This document shows positions 1 through 8,165 of a stretch of DNA of 64,000 nt, piece after piece. Source of the DNA: Pseudomonadota bacterium (GTDB taxonomy: Bacteria; Pseudomonadota; Gammaproteobacteria; JAKAQQ01); contig JAJZIH010000009.1 in NCBI GenBank assembly GCA_021810635.1, forward strand, positions 9,439 through 73,438. The letters run 5' to 3'. Position 1 is the first letter of the stretch. Each line of letters opens with the position of its first letter. Position numbers and translations under genes: made by a program. A model generated the notes under the pieces. The model searched no databases. It saw only the letters and a program-made list of their open reading frames with translations, and was not told the DNA's origin.

Positions 1-626
1 CCCGTTTCTTCCTGGCACTGGCCGCCATGGATGTCGGTACGGCCTTCGGCGGCATGGCGGCCTCTCGAGAAATGATGGTGGCCTCGCTGGCCGAACCCGC
101 CATGCTGATCGCGGTTTTCACGCTTTCCATGACCGCTGGGAGCACCAACCTCTCGACCGCCGTGGGTTACATCCTGCACAGCGGTCTGGTGCTGCGGCCG
201 GCGTTTGTCTTTACCTTGGTGGGCCTCCTGATGGTGGCCATCGCGGAGACCGGTCGCCTGCCGGTCGACAACCCGGCGACCCATCTGGAACTGACCATGA
301 TCCACGAGGGGATGATCCTGGAGTACGGCGGGCGGCATCTGGCCTTGATCGAATGGGCCTCCGAGATCAAGCTCATGATCTATGGCGTTCTGATCGCCGA
401 TCTCTTCCTGCCTTGGGGGATCGCGACCCGGCTGACGGTCCCGTCCCTGCTGCTCGGATCAATTGCGCTCGTCGCCAAGCTGGCCTTCTGGGGGGGGCTA
501 TTGGCCATGGTCGAAACTCATTTTGCCAAAATGCGTCTTTTTCGCGTTCCCGAGTTTCTGAACATCGCCTTCCTGCTGTGCTTGCTCGGATTGCTGAGCC
601 ACCTGATTCTGGAGGTCGCGCTCTGA
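1..626 (+). CDS. NuoH/HyfC/HycD-like polytopic membrane subunit of a group-4-hydrogenase-related complex (5' end outside window)
   Basis: The frame of ORF 27..626 stays open to the window edge. The hydrophobic C-terminal sequence (LEYGGRHLALIEWASEIKLMIYG...LFLPWG) resembles HycD/HyfC/NuoH C-termini. TGATG stop/start overlap with the next gene. Confidence 0.65.
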   Translation, partial: RFFLALAAMDVGTAFGGMAASREMMVASLAEPAMLIAVFTLSMTAGSTNLSTAVGYILHSGLVLRPAFVFTLVGLLMVAIAETGRLPVDNPATHLELTMIHEGMILEYGGRHLALIEWASEIKLMIYGVLIADLFLPWGIATRLTVPSLLLGSIALVAKLAFWGGLLAMVETHFAKMRLFRVPEFLNIAFLLCLLGLLSHLILEVAL

Positions 627-1297
627 TGGCGACACTCAGCCTTTACGGACAGTCCATCCTGGTCCTGGCTTCCCTGATCCTGTTTACCTCCTTCGCGCTC
701 CTCGCGCAAACGCGTGCGCTTCCGCTGATCCGACTGTTCGCCTGGCAGGGCATCCTTCTGGCCGTGACCACGGCGCTGGTCGCCTGGGTGACACACCAGC
801 CCCATCTCTATGTATCTGCACTGCTGACGCTGGGCCTCAAGGCACTGCTCATCCCATGGCTGCTGATTCGCCTGGTGAACCGGCTGGGTCTGCACAACGA
901 GGTGGAAAACCCGAAAGCGAACGCCCTGGTGTTGCTCGGTGCCGCTGCCCTCACCGTTTTCTGCTACGAGATCGCGCTGCCCATCATGCGCCTGTCCACT
1001 CTCCTCACCCGCAACGTCATTGCGGTCAGTCTGGCCGTCGTTCTGCTCGGCATGCTGCTGATCATCGTACGCAGCAAGGCAGTCACCCAAGTGGTGGGGT
1101 TCATGTGCATGGAAAACGGTCTCTTTTTTGCCGCTGTCGTTGCCACATACGGGATGCCCATGGTGGTGGAACTCGGGGTCGCGTTTGACGTCTTGATCGC
1201 TGCCATCCTTTTTGGCCTGTTTTTCCTGCAGATCCGGGACAGCATCGACTCGCTCGACATTGATCGGTTGAGCCGGCTTCGGGAGACTGACGAATGA
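626..1297 (+). CDS. HyfE-like small polytopic membrane subunit (NuoK-related)
   Basis: Internal ATG of ORF 353..1297 sits exactly at the upstream stop (TGATG). The 223-aa product (MATLSLYGQSILVLASLILF...) is very hydrophobic. Size and position between the HyfC-like and HyfF-like genes match hyf/ehr operons. Confidence 0.7.
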   Translation: MATLSLYGQSILVLASLILFTSFALLAQTRALPLIRLFAWQGILLAVTTALVAWVTHQPHLYVSALLTLGLKALLIPWLLIRLVNRLGLHNEVENPKANALVLLGAAALTVFCYEIALPIMRLSTLLTRNVIAVSLAVVLLGMLLIIVRSKAVTQVVGFMCMENGLFFAAVVATYGMPMVVELGVAFDVLIAAILFGLFFLQIRDSIDSLDIDRLSRLRETDE

Positions 1298-2769
1298 GCA
1301 GTGGAGCGGCCCTGCTGGCTCCCCTACTGCTGGTCCCGCTCGCGGGCGTGATCATCCTGGCGGTTTTGGGACACAGCCGGCGGGCCGGCTGGATCAACAT
1401 CGGGATTTCCCTCCTGACCCTCTTGGCTTCCCTCGGGCTGGCTGCGGTCGTTCTCGAGAAAGGCCATCTTCTGATCGGCGGCGGGATGTTTTATATCGAT
1501 GCCTTTAACGTTTATCTTCTGGTGCTGACCGCTTTTGTGGGACTGACGACGGCTATTTTTTCCCGCGCCTATATGCTTGACGAGATGGCGCATGGACGGG
1601 TCAACACGAAACGTCTGCAGCTGTACCATGCGATGTACCAGGGGTTCTTGTTCACGATGTTGCTGGCGTTGTCGACCAACAATCTCGGGATCCTGTGGGT
1701 GGCCATGGAGGGCGCAACCCTGGCCACGGTGATGCTGGTCAGCCTCTATCGGACCCCGGAATCCGTCGAGGCGGCGTGGAAATATTTCATCCTGTGTGGC
1801 GTGGGCATCGCCCAGGCCCTGTTCGGAACGGTGCTCCTGTTCTTTGCGGCCGAACGGGTGGTTCATCATCGGGACCGGGCTCTCTGGTGGAACGTCTTGT
1901 ATGCACGGGCGGACCATCTTGACCCGGCCGTCATGAGCTTGGCCTTCGTGTTTCTCCTGGTCGGCTACGGGACCAAGGTGGGCCTGGTTCCGCTGCACAA
2001 CTGGCTGCCTGATGCCCACTCGGAAGGTCCGACCCCCATCTCGGCCGTCCTGTCCGGGCTCCTGCTCAATGTCGCCCTGTATGCGCTGGTGCGGATCAAG
2101 ATGCTGGCCGATCCCACCCTGGGGGCTCTGCCGGGCGAGTTGATGATGGCGTTCGGCCTTTTGTCGTTTCTCGTGGCGGTTTTCTTTCTGCATCGCCAGC
2201 GGGATATCAAGCGCCTGTACAGTTACTCTTCCATCGAGCATATGGGGCTCATGACCTTCGGTTTCGGACTCGGAGTCCCCTTGGCCACGTTTGCGGCCCT
2301 GTTGCACATGACGGTCCATTCGCTGACCAAATCGGCCCTTTTTGTCTCCGCCGGTCATGCCATCCATCTGGCCGGAACCCAGAGCATGGAGAGAATCCGG
2401 GGACTGATCCGGGCCGAACCCACGGTGGGATGGGGGCTCCTCATCGGGACGGTGGCCATTGCCGGATTTCCGCCGTTCGGGATTTTCACGAGCGAGTTCC
2501 TGCTGCTTCTCGCGACCCTCCAGAGCTGGCCTTGGCTCACGCTGCCGCTGTTGGCCGGTCTGCTCATTGCATTGGCGGGGCTTTTGCGCCATGTGCAACC
2601 CATGGTCTACGGCGAACCCATGGCCGGGTGGAAGCCGGTCCGCGCCAACGTGCTTCCGGTGGCTGTGCACTTGGCCCTTGTTCTCTGGCTCGGGCTCGCG
2701 ATTCCGGTCATTCTTGCTCACTGGTTCATCCATGCCACGATCCTCATTTCCGGCAGGTCGCCCTGGTGA
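1294..2769 (+). CDS. HyfF-like antiporter-type subunit (NuoM/NuoN/Mrp family)
   Basis: 491-aa polytopic protein with motifs typical of complex-I antiporter-like subunits (GTKVGLVPLHNWLPDAHSEGPTPISAVLSG, SSIEHMG). ATGA overlap with the upstream gene. Confidence 0.85.
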   Translation: MSSGAALLAPLLLVPLAGVIILAVLGHSRRAGWINIGISLLTLLASLGLAAVVLEKGHLLIGGGMFYIDAFNVYLLVLTAFVGLTTAIFSRAYMLDEMAHGRVNTKRLQLYHAMYQGFLFTMLLALSTNNLGILWVAMEGATLATVMLVSLYRTPESVEAAWKYFILCGVGIAQALFGTVLLFFAAERVVHHRDRALWWNVLYARADHLDPAVMSLAFVFLLVGYGTKVGLVPLHNWLPDAHSEGPTPISAVLSGLLLNVALYALVRIKMLADPTLGALPGELMMAFGLLSFLVAVFFLHRQRDIKRLYSYSSIEHMGLMTFGFGLGVPLATFAALLHMTVHSLTKSALFVSAGHAIHLAGTQSMERIRGLIRAEPTVGWGLLIGTVAIAGFPPFGIFTSEFLLLLATLQSWPWLTLPLLAGLLIALAGLLRHVQPMVYGEPMAGWKPVRANVLPVAVHLALVLWLGLAIPVILAHWFIHATILISGRSPW

Positions 2770-2832
2770 CGGCCCTCCTTCCCGAGCGCAGGCCCGGGGA
2801 GAGGCATGGACGCGCCTCTCCAGGTTTGAACC

Positions 2833-4428
2833 ATGAATGATCCGATGCCGGCAGAGTCGGGATCCGGGCTGCCTCTCTATGTGCAACCGGTTCCACCGGA
2901 TTCCGGCCGCCCAGAGCGGTCGTCACGTCCGTTGGTCCGGCAGTTTGTCGTGGCGCCGGAAAACTGGGCCCGTCTCGCGGGTGATGCCGCGCGGGCCAGC
3001 TGGCGCTGGAGCGGGATCTGGGCCGAGGACCGATCACCGGTCCTGGAACTTTCGCTCCTGCTGGAACGGGCCGGCCAGTATTCCTGGGTCCGGACCCGGA
3101 TCCCCCTCGATGCCCTTCGGCTTCCTTCCCAGACATCGGCCTATCCGGCGGCCGACCGGATGGAGCGCCGTATCCACGACCTGTTTGGCCTCGTGTTTTC
3201 GGATCACCCGGATCCGCGCCGCTGGATCCGGCACCAGGGCTGGTCCGGCGAGGACTTCCCGCTGCGCCGGATGTACCCCACGGCCGGACGACCCGAGCGA
3301 TCCACTCCCCCCGACGCGGATTACCCCTTTGTGCTGGCACAGGGATCGGGGGTCTGCGAGATTCCCGTGGGTCCGATTCACGCCGGCATCATCGAACCCG
3401 GTCATTTCCGTTTCCAGGTGGTCGGGGAGACCATTCTCCGCCTGGAGGAACGCCTCGGCTACGCCCACAAGGGGATCGAGAAGATTGCCGAAGGTCGTGA
3501 CCCGCAAGGCTTGGTCCGCCTGGCCGGACGGGTGTCGGGCGACAGCACGGTCAGTCATGCCTGGGCGGCCTGCCAGGCCATGGAACAGGCGGCGGGCCTC
3601 CCGGTCCCGGGGCGGGCCCAGGTCCTGCGTGCGCTTTTTGCGGAGCGGGAACGCATCGCCAATCATCTGGGTGACATTGGCGCAATCTGCGGAGATGTCG
3701 GTTTTGCCTTTGGCCAGTCCCAATTCGGACGCTTGCGTGAGGTTTTCCTCAGGCTCAATGACGAACTGTTCGGACACCGGTTGCTGATGGACGTGATCAC
3801 GCCCGGTGGAGTTCGGTGTGACCTGCCCGCGGACGGGGCATCACGCCTGCTGGAGGAGCGGGCCCGGTTGCGCCACGAACTGGCCACCCTGAGGCCGGCT
3901 CTGGCGGACAATACCTCGCTCCAGGATCGTTGGTGCGGGACTGGCATTCTGCCCGGGGAAGTGGCCCGGACGCTCGGTGTCCTGGGTTATGTGGCCCGTG
4001 CGAGCGGGGTTGACCATGACCTCCGGCGCGATGCCCCCTACGTGCCGTACGACTTGCTTGAGATCCGGGTTCCGGTGGCTGATGCAGGCGATGTCGCTGC
4101 GCGGGTGCGCATCCGGCAGGATGAAATCGATATTTCCCTGGGGCTCATGGCCGATCTGCTGGACATTCTGCCGGACGGACCGTGTCAGTCGGCTTGGCTC
4201 GCGCCGCAGCCTGGGGCCGAGGGTTTGGGGTTCGTGGAAAGCTGGCGGGGGGAACTCTGGGCTTATGTCCGCTTCGGAACCGATGGGTTGATTGCCCGTT
4301 ATCATCCCCGGGATCCCAGTGTTCTCAACTGGTCGGCCCTGGAGCACCTGATTACGGGGGCCATCGTGCCCGACTTTCCGGTCTGCAACAAGTCCGTCAA
4401 TGGATCCTATGCCGGCCATGACCTGTAA
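2833..4428 (+). CDS. NuoC-NuoD fused, [NiFe]-hydrogenase-large-subunit-like protein (HycE/HyfG-like) lacking the Ni-Fe cysteine ligands
   Basis: N-terminal NuoC/HycE-like region (AADRMERRIHDLFGL), then a large-subunit core (GVCEIPVGPIHAGIIEPGHFRF, LEERLGYAHKGIEK). The N-terminal CxxC position reads RVSGDSTVSH. The C-terminus reads DFPVCNKSVNGSYAGHDL instead of ...CxxCxxR. Confidence 0.85.
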   Translation: MNDPMPAESGSGLPLYVQPVPPDSGRPERSSRPLVRQFVVAPENWARLAGDAARASWRWSGIWAEDRSPVLELSLLLERAGQYSWVRTRIPLDALRLPSQTSAYPAADRMERRIHDLFGLVFSDHPDPRRWIRHQGWSGEDFPLRRMYPTAGRPERSTPPDADYPFVLAQGSGVCEIPVGPIHAGIIEPGHFRFQVVGETILRLEERLGYAHKGIEKIAEGRDPQGLVRLAGRVSGDSTVSHAWAACQAMEQAAGLPVPGRAQVLRALFAERERIANHLGDIGAICGDVGFAFGQSQFGRLREVFLRLNDELFGHRLLMDVITPGGVRCDLPADGASRLLEERARLRHELATLRPALADNTSLQDRWCGTGILPGEVARTLGVLGYVARASGVDHDLRRDAPYVPYDLLEIRVPVADAGDVAARVRIRQDEIDISLGLMADLLDILPDGPCQSAWLAPQPGAEGLGFVESWRGELWAYVRFGTDGLIARYHPRDPSVLNWSALEHLITGAIVPDFPVCNKSVNGSYAGHDL

Positions 4429-4491
4429 ACCCGGCCGATTCATGCCGGATTGGGGCACCGATCCGTTTTCCTATCCAAGGGAGGACCTGCC

Positions 4492-5064
4492 GTGTTCCGC
4501 CAGCTGACTCGAATTTGCCGGGTCGGAATCGTGAGCGAGCCCACCCCGTGCGGTCGTGGACCGGCCCTGGATCTTCTGGGTCCAAGGCTTGAGGATGCGG
4601 TGAGCCGGATTTTTCACGGCAGCCTGGCGATCCGGCAGGTGGATGCCGGCTCCTGTAACGGCTGCGAACTCGAAATCCAGGCGCTCAGCAACCCCTACTA
4701 CGCCATTGAACGGTATGGAATTCATTTCGTGGCTTCACCCAGGCATGCCGATCTGTTGCTGGTCACGGGTCCGGTCTCGCGTCACATGCAAACTGCGCTG
4801 CGGCTGGCCTACGAGGCCATGCCCGAGCCCAAGCGGGTGCTTGCCGTGGGACATTGTGGTGCCGATGGCGGAGAGTTCGGGGTCTCCTATGCGAGCTGTG
4901 GCGCGGTGCATCGGGTCATCCCGGTGGATGGGGTCATCCGGGGATGTCCGCCCTCACCCGCGGTCCTCGTGCAGGGAATCCTGGAGTTGATTGATCCGGC
5001 GTTGTTGCAGGTTCCTGCCCCCGATCCGGACTCGGATCCCCCGGCCTCAAGGGAGGGACTTTAG
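4492..5064 (+). CDS. NuoB/HycG/HyfI-like small subunit with a retained [4Fe-4S] cysteine set
   Basis: Motifs DAGSCNGCELE, LLLVTGPVS, VGHCGADGGEF and GCPPSP. I prefer the GTG at 4492, which is preceded by AAGGGAGGA (5-nt spacing), over the longest-ORF start at 4450. Confidence 0.85.
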   Translation: MFRQLTRICRVGIVSEPTPCGRGPALDLLGPRLEDAVSRIFHGSLAIRQVDAGSCNGCELEIQALSNPYYAIERYGIHFVASPRHADLLLVTGPVSRHMQTALRLAYEAMPEPKRVLAVGHCGADGGEFGVSYASCGAVHRVIPVDGVIRGCPPSPAVLVQGILELIDPALLQVPAPDPDSDPPASREGL

Positions 5065-5088
5065 TGCGGCATTCTGTTAAGGTAGAAG

Positions 5089-5460
5089 TGGAAACGCAGA
5101 GTGGGCTAGGCAGTCGCTCCACCTCCCGTGGAGAGGAAAGTCCGGGCTCCTCGGATCGAAGCGCCAGGTAACGCCTGGGGGGCGCGAGCCCACGGAAAGT
5201 GCCACAGAGAACAGACCGCCGAAGCCGTCAGGCTGGCAAGGGTGAAAAGGTGCGGTAAGAGCGCACCGCGCGGCTGGTAACAGTCCGCGGCACGGAAAAC
5301 CCCGCTTGGAGCAAGACCAAATAGGGGAGCATGTCGCTTCGGCGACACGTGTGATCCGCACGGCTCCCGGGTCGGTCGCTAGAGTGTATCGGTGACGATG
5401 CATCGAGAGGCATGACTGTCCACGACAGAACCCGGCTTATCGGCCCACTCTGCGTTTCCC
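5089..5460 (+). ncRNA. rnpB: RNase P RNA, bacterial type A
   Basis: Universal motifs GAGGAAAGTCCGGGCTCC (~5137) and ACAGAACCCGGCTTAT (~5425). Internal blocks GGTAACGCCTGGGG, GGTGAAAAGGTGCGGTAAGAGCGCACCGCGCGGCTGGTAACAGTCCG and AGCAAGACCAAATAGGGG align with E. coli M1 RNA from memory. The P1 stem GGAAACGCAGAGTGGGC (5090-) pairs with GCCCACTCTGCGTTTCC (-5459). Ends are +/- a few nt. Confidence 0.95.
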
Positions 5461-5461
5461 T

Positions 5462-6226
5462 TTATTTCCCACCCGGACGGCTCCGGGATCCGGCACAGCG
5501 CACCCGCGCCGCAAGCTCCACCTTGACCCGTCGCGTGTGATGGAGCCCCGGGACCCTCCTGGCGGGCGCTTGAGCGGCCGCAAAGGTCAAAAGCGGCGTC
5601 GGCCGGAACGGGTGGCCGATGGCAGTGATCCGGATTCCGAGTAGGTGAGTCTCTGTCCGCCCCAGCGCCGCGCACGCCTCGTGGGCCAGGCCGGCCAACT
5701 CATGCAGGCCCTTCAGCATGAGCGCATGGCGGGTCCGGGAACTGCCGACCGGCCGGTAGCGGATGGAAACGACTTCGAGCTGTTTTTCCAGCAGGGCAAG
5801 CAGACCGCCGATCCGCCGCCCGTTGCCGGATTCCAGGGTCAGGTCATCGGTGGCCTGCCACGAGGTGGTCCGTCCATGCACCCAGGTCAATGGCCGCGAG
5901 GCGAGAGCGCTGGTGTGGAAGGGGATCCGGGTTCCGCTCTGGCGCCGGATTTCGCCGACCGCCCAGCGGAGCTTGCGGTTGGCGAGACGCTCGGCGACGA
6001 TCGGGTTTGCCGCGCGGCCCACAGCGCTGAGTATCGCCTGGATGCGGGAGGTCACGCGGGTTTCGACATGCAGCGAAAAATGCAGGAGCGTTCCCCCTCC
6101 GGGTGGCGTCAGGGTGCGGGCTGCGGCCGTACCCAGCAGGCCGACAGTCAAGGCACTCTGCACGAGCCAGAACCCTGCCAGCCCGATCCACCCCATCCGT
6201 GCCGCGGTCTGCCGTCGATTGCCCAC
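5462..6226 (-). CDS. Hypothetical protein with N-terminal signal/anchor-like segment
   Basis: 254-aa ORF. Codon third positions are strongly G/C-biased on reading, as in neighbouring genes. The N-terminus MGWIGLAGFWLVQSALTVGLLGTAAA looks like a signal peptide or TM anchor. I recognise no family motif. The overlapping plus-strand ORF 5645..6340 reads as low-complexity junk. Confidence 0.5.
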   Translation of the reverse strand: MGNRRQTAARMGWIGLAGFWLVQSALTVGLLGTAAARTLTPPGGGTLLHFSLHVETRVTSRIQAILSAVGRAANPIVAERLANRKLRWAVGEIRRQSGTRIPFHTSALASRPLTWVHGRTTSWQATDDLTLESGNGRRIGGLLALLEKQLEVVSIRYRPVGSSRTRHALMLKGLHELAGLAHEACAALGRTETHLLGIRITAIGHPFRPTPLLTFAAAQAPARRVPGLHHTRRVKVELAARVRCAGSRSRPGGK

Positions 6227-6473
6227 GGGTTGCCCTCCTCGGATGAAAGCAGTCTAGCCGATTCCGGGTTTCCCGGAGTCTGCACCCTTGGAATCCCTCC
6301 ATTCCGGGGCGCGCGCTCTGCGCGATTTTCCAAGACTTGATCACGGTTTTTGCCGAGCATCCGGGAAGAGCGGGATGGCCGTTTTATATGAATATGATTT
6401 ATAAGATAAAAAATAATGGCCCCCCGGCCTGATTCCCGTGCACAGACTGGTTTTGTGCCGGGGGACTTGCACT

Positions 6474-6498
6474 GTGGTAAAAAGTGGTAAAAACTGGG
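6474..6498 (+). promoter_or_regulatory. Candidate MraZ operator: three direct repeats with 10-nt periodicity
   Basis: GTGGTaaaaa GTGGTaaaaa CTGGGctgaa at 6474, 6484 and 6494. MraZ is known to bind spaced direct repeats of the GTGG[GT]/TGGGN type in its own promoter. TTGCAC (6467-6472) is a possible -35 just upstream. Confidence 0.6.
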
Positions 6499-6522
6499 CT
6501 GAATCAGCCACAGGAGCCGGCT

Positions 6523-6978
6523 TTGTATCGTGGTGTCAATCAGGTCGCGCTGGACGAGAAGGGGCGGTTTTCGATCCCGACCCGTTACCGTCGGCCTTTG
6601 GCCGAAGCCTGCGAAGGACACTTCGTGTTCACGGTCGATCGCGACGAGTGCCTGCTCCTTTACCCCTTGCCGGAGTGGGAAGTCGTCGAGAACCAGCTTG
6701 CCGGTCTGCCCAACCTCGACCCTCAGACGCGACGTTTGCAGCGGCTTCTCTTGGGTCACGCCACGGAGGTGGCGATGGATTCGCATGGGCGCCTCCTGGT
6801 TCCCCCGCCCTTGCGGGAGTTCGCCCGCCTCGACCACCGAACGGTCCTGATCGGACAGGGCAACAAGTTTGAACTCTGGGAAGAGACGCGCTGGAACGAC
6901 CACCGCCGAATCTGGCTGGCCGAGTCGCCGGGTTCGGGTCCCGGTCTGCCGGCCGAACTGCTCAATCTCAGACTATGA
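6523..6978 (+). CDS. mraZ: Transcriptional regulator MraZ
   Basis: LYRGVNQVALDEKGRFSIPTRYR plus a second SpoVT/AbrB-like half (AMDSHGRLLVPPPLREFA). The TTG at 6523 is preceded by AGGAG at 6-nt spacing and gives the canonical ~151 aa. The longest-ORF GTG at 6484 lies inside the repeat operator. Confidence 0.9.
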   Translation: MYRGVNQVALDEKGRFSIPTRYRRPLAEACEGHFVFTVDRDECLLLYPLPEWEVVENQLAGLPNLDPQTRRLQRLLLGHATEVAMDSHGRLLVPPPLREFARLDHRTVLIGQGNKFELWEETRWNDHRRIWLAESPGSGPGLPAELLNLRL

Positions 6979-6990
6979 GGCAGCCGGATC

Positions 6991-7896
6991 GTGGAGCCCC
7001 CCCATATTCCGGTCCTCGCCGACGAGGTGGTCCGCTGGATGGTGCAGGAGCGTGACGGGATCTATGTCGATGCCACTTACGGCCGTGGCGGGCATGCCCA
7101 GGCCCTCCTGCGCTCCCTCGGACCGGACGGACGCCTCATCGTGGGAGACCGGGATCCCGAGGCGGTGGCCCATGCCCGCCGGATTCTGGGTCCGGAGGGT
7201 CGGTGCACGGTCTGCGAAGGACGGTTTTCGCAGCTCGGGCACTGGCTTCAGGTTGAAGCAGTGACCGGAAAAGTCGATGGCATCCTGTTCGACCTCGGTG
7301 TCTCCTCCCCGCAACTCGATGATCCCCGCCGCGGGTTTTCATTCCAGTCCGAGGGTCCGCTCGACATGCGGATGGACCCGGGGGGCATGACTGCGGCCGA
7401 GTGGCTCATGCGGACACCCGTGCCGACCATCGAACGGGCGCTCGCCGAGTGGGGGGAAGAACGCTATGCACGGCGCATCGCGCGCGCCATCGGCGAGGAA
7501 CGGCGTCGGCACGAGCCCTGGACCACCGTCCGTCTTGCGAACCTCGTGAGCCGGGTCGTGCCACACCACGAGCGCCGCAGGCATCCGGCGACGCGGACCT
7601 TTCTGGCGCTGCGCATCGCGGTCAATCACGAGCTCGACGAACTCCGGTCGGTTTTGCCGCAGGCTCTGGCCGCGCTCCGTCCCGGCGGCCGCCTCGCGGT
7701 TGTGAGTTTCCATTCGCTCGAGGACCGGATCGTCAAGCGTTTCATGAAGGGGACCGAGCCCTCCGGTCGGCTGGCCCCGGTTCCGGCGCCGCGCCTGCGC
7801 CCGCTCACGGATCCCATCCGTCCCACCGAGGAGGAATCCCGCGTCAATCCCCGTGCCCGCAGCGCCCTCCTGCGGGTGGCCGAGCGGCTCCCATGA
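6991..7896 (+). CDS. rsmH: 16S rRNA (cytosine1402-N4)-methyltransferase
   Basis: HIPVLADEVV...YVDATYGRGGHA...DLGVSSPQLDDPRRGFSF...SFHSLEDRIVK. Position after mraZ. Confidence 0.95.
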   Translation: MEPPHIPVLADEVVRWMVQERDGIYVDATYGRGGHAQALLRSLGPDGRLIVGDRDPEAVAHARRILGPEGRCTVCEGRFSQLGHWLQVEAVTGKVDGILFDLGVSSPQLDDPRRGFSFQSEGPLDMRMDPGGMTAAEWLMRTPVPTIERALAEWGEERYARRIARAIGEERRRHEPWTTVRLANLVSRVVPHHERRRHPATRTFLALRIAVNHELDELRSVLPQALAALRPGGRLAVVSFHSLEDRIVKRFMKGTEPSGRLAPVPAPRLRPLTDPIRPTEEESRVNPRARSALLRVAERLP

Positions 7897-8165
7897 CGGC
7901 CTCGAGACTTGTCACCGCCATGCTCGCGATCCTCCTCTTCGCCAGTGCGCTGCTGGTGGTCCAGGCCACCTACGAGCACCGCAGCCGGCTGGCCCGCCTG
8001 TTCCAGCTCAAGACCGTCCACCACATCGAGGAAGCCCGCCGCATGCAGCTCCTGCTCCAGCAGGGAACGCTCACCAATCATGCGCGCATCGCCCGGCTGG
8101 CCCGGATCAAGTTCGGCATGCATCCGCCTCATCACATCCAGCTCATCATCGTGGGGAAGCGATGA
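7893..8165 (+). CDS. ftsL: Cell division protein FtsL
   Basis: 90-aa bitopic protein (one TM helix, then a coiled-coil-like region) between rsmH and ftsI. ATGA overlaps on both sides. It is the internal ATG of ORF 7401..8165. Confidence 0.85.
   Translation: MTASRLVTAMLAILLFASALLVVQATYEHRSRLARLFQLKTVHHIEEARRMQLLLQQGTLTNHARIARLARIKFGMHPPHHIQLIIVGKR

Noticed and set aside
1324-2886. 520-aa minus-strand ORF antisense to the HyfF-like gene
   Set aside because: Same GC-driven artefact. The plus-strand product has clear antiporter-subunit motifs and the antisense product is charged low-complexity sequence.
5645-6340. 231-aa plus-strand ORF as an alternative to the minus-strand hypothetical gene 5462..6226
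   Set aside because: Its translation is Gly/Pro/Arg/Ala-rich with no hydrophobic core or motifs. The minus-strand frame has the G/C third-position bias and a plausible signal peptide.
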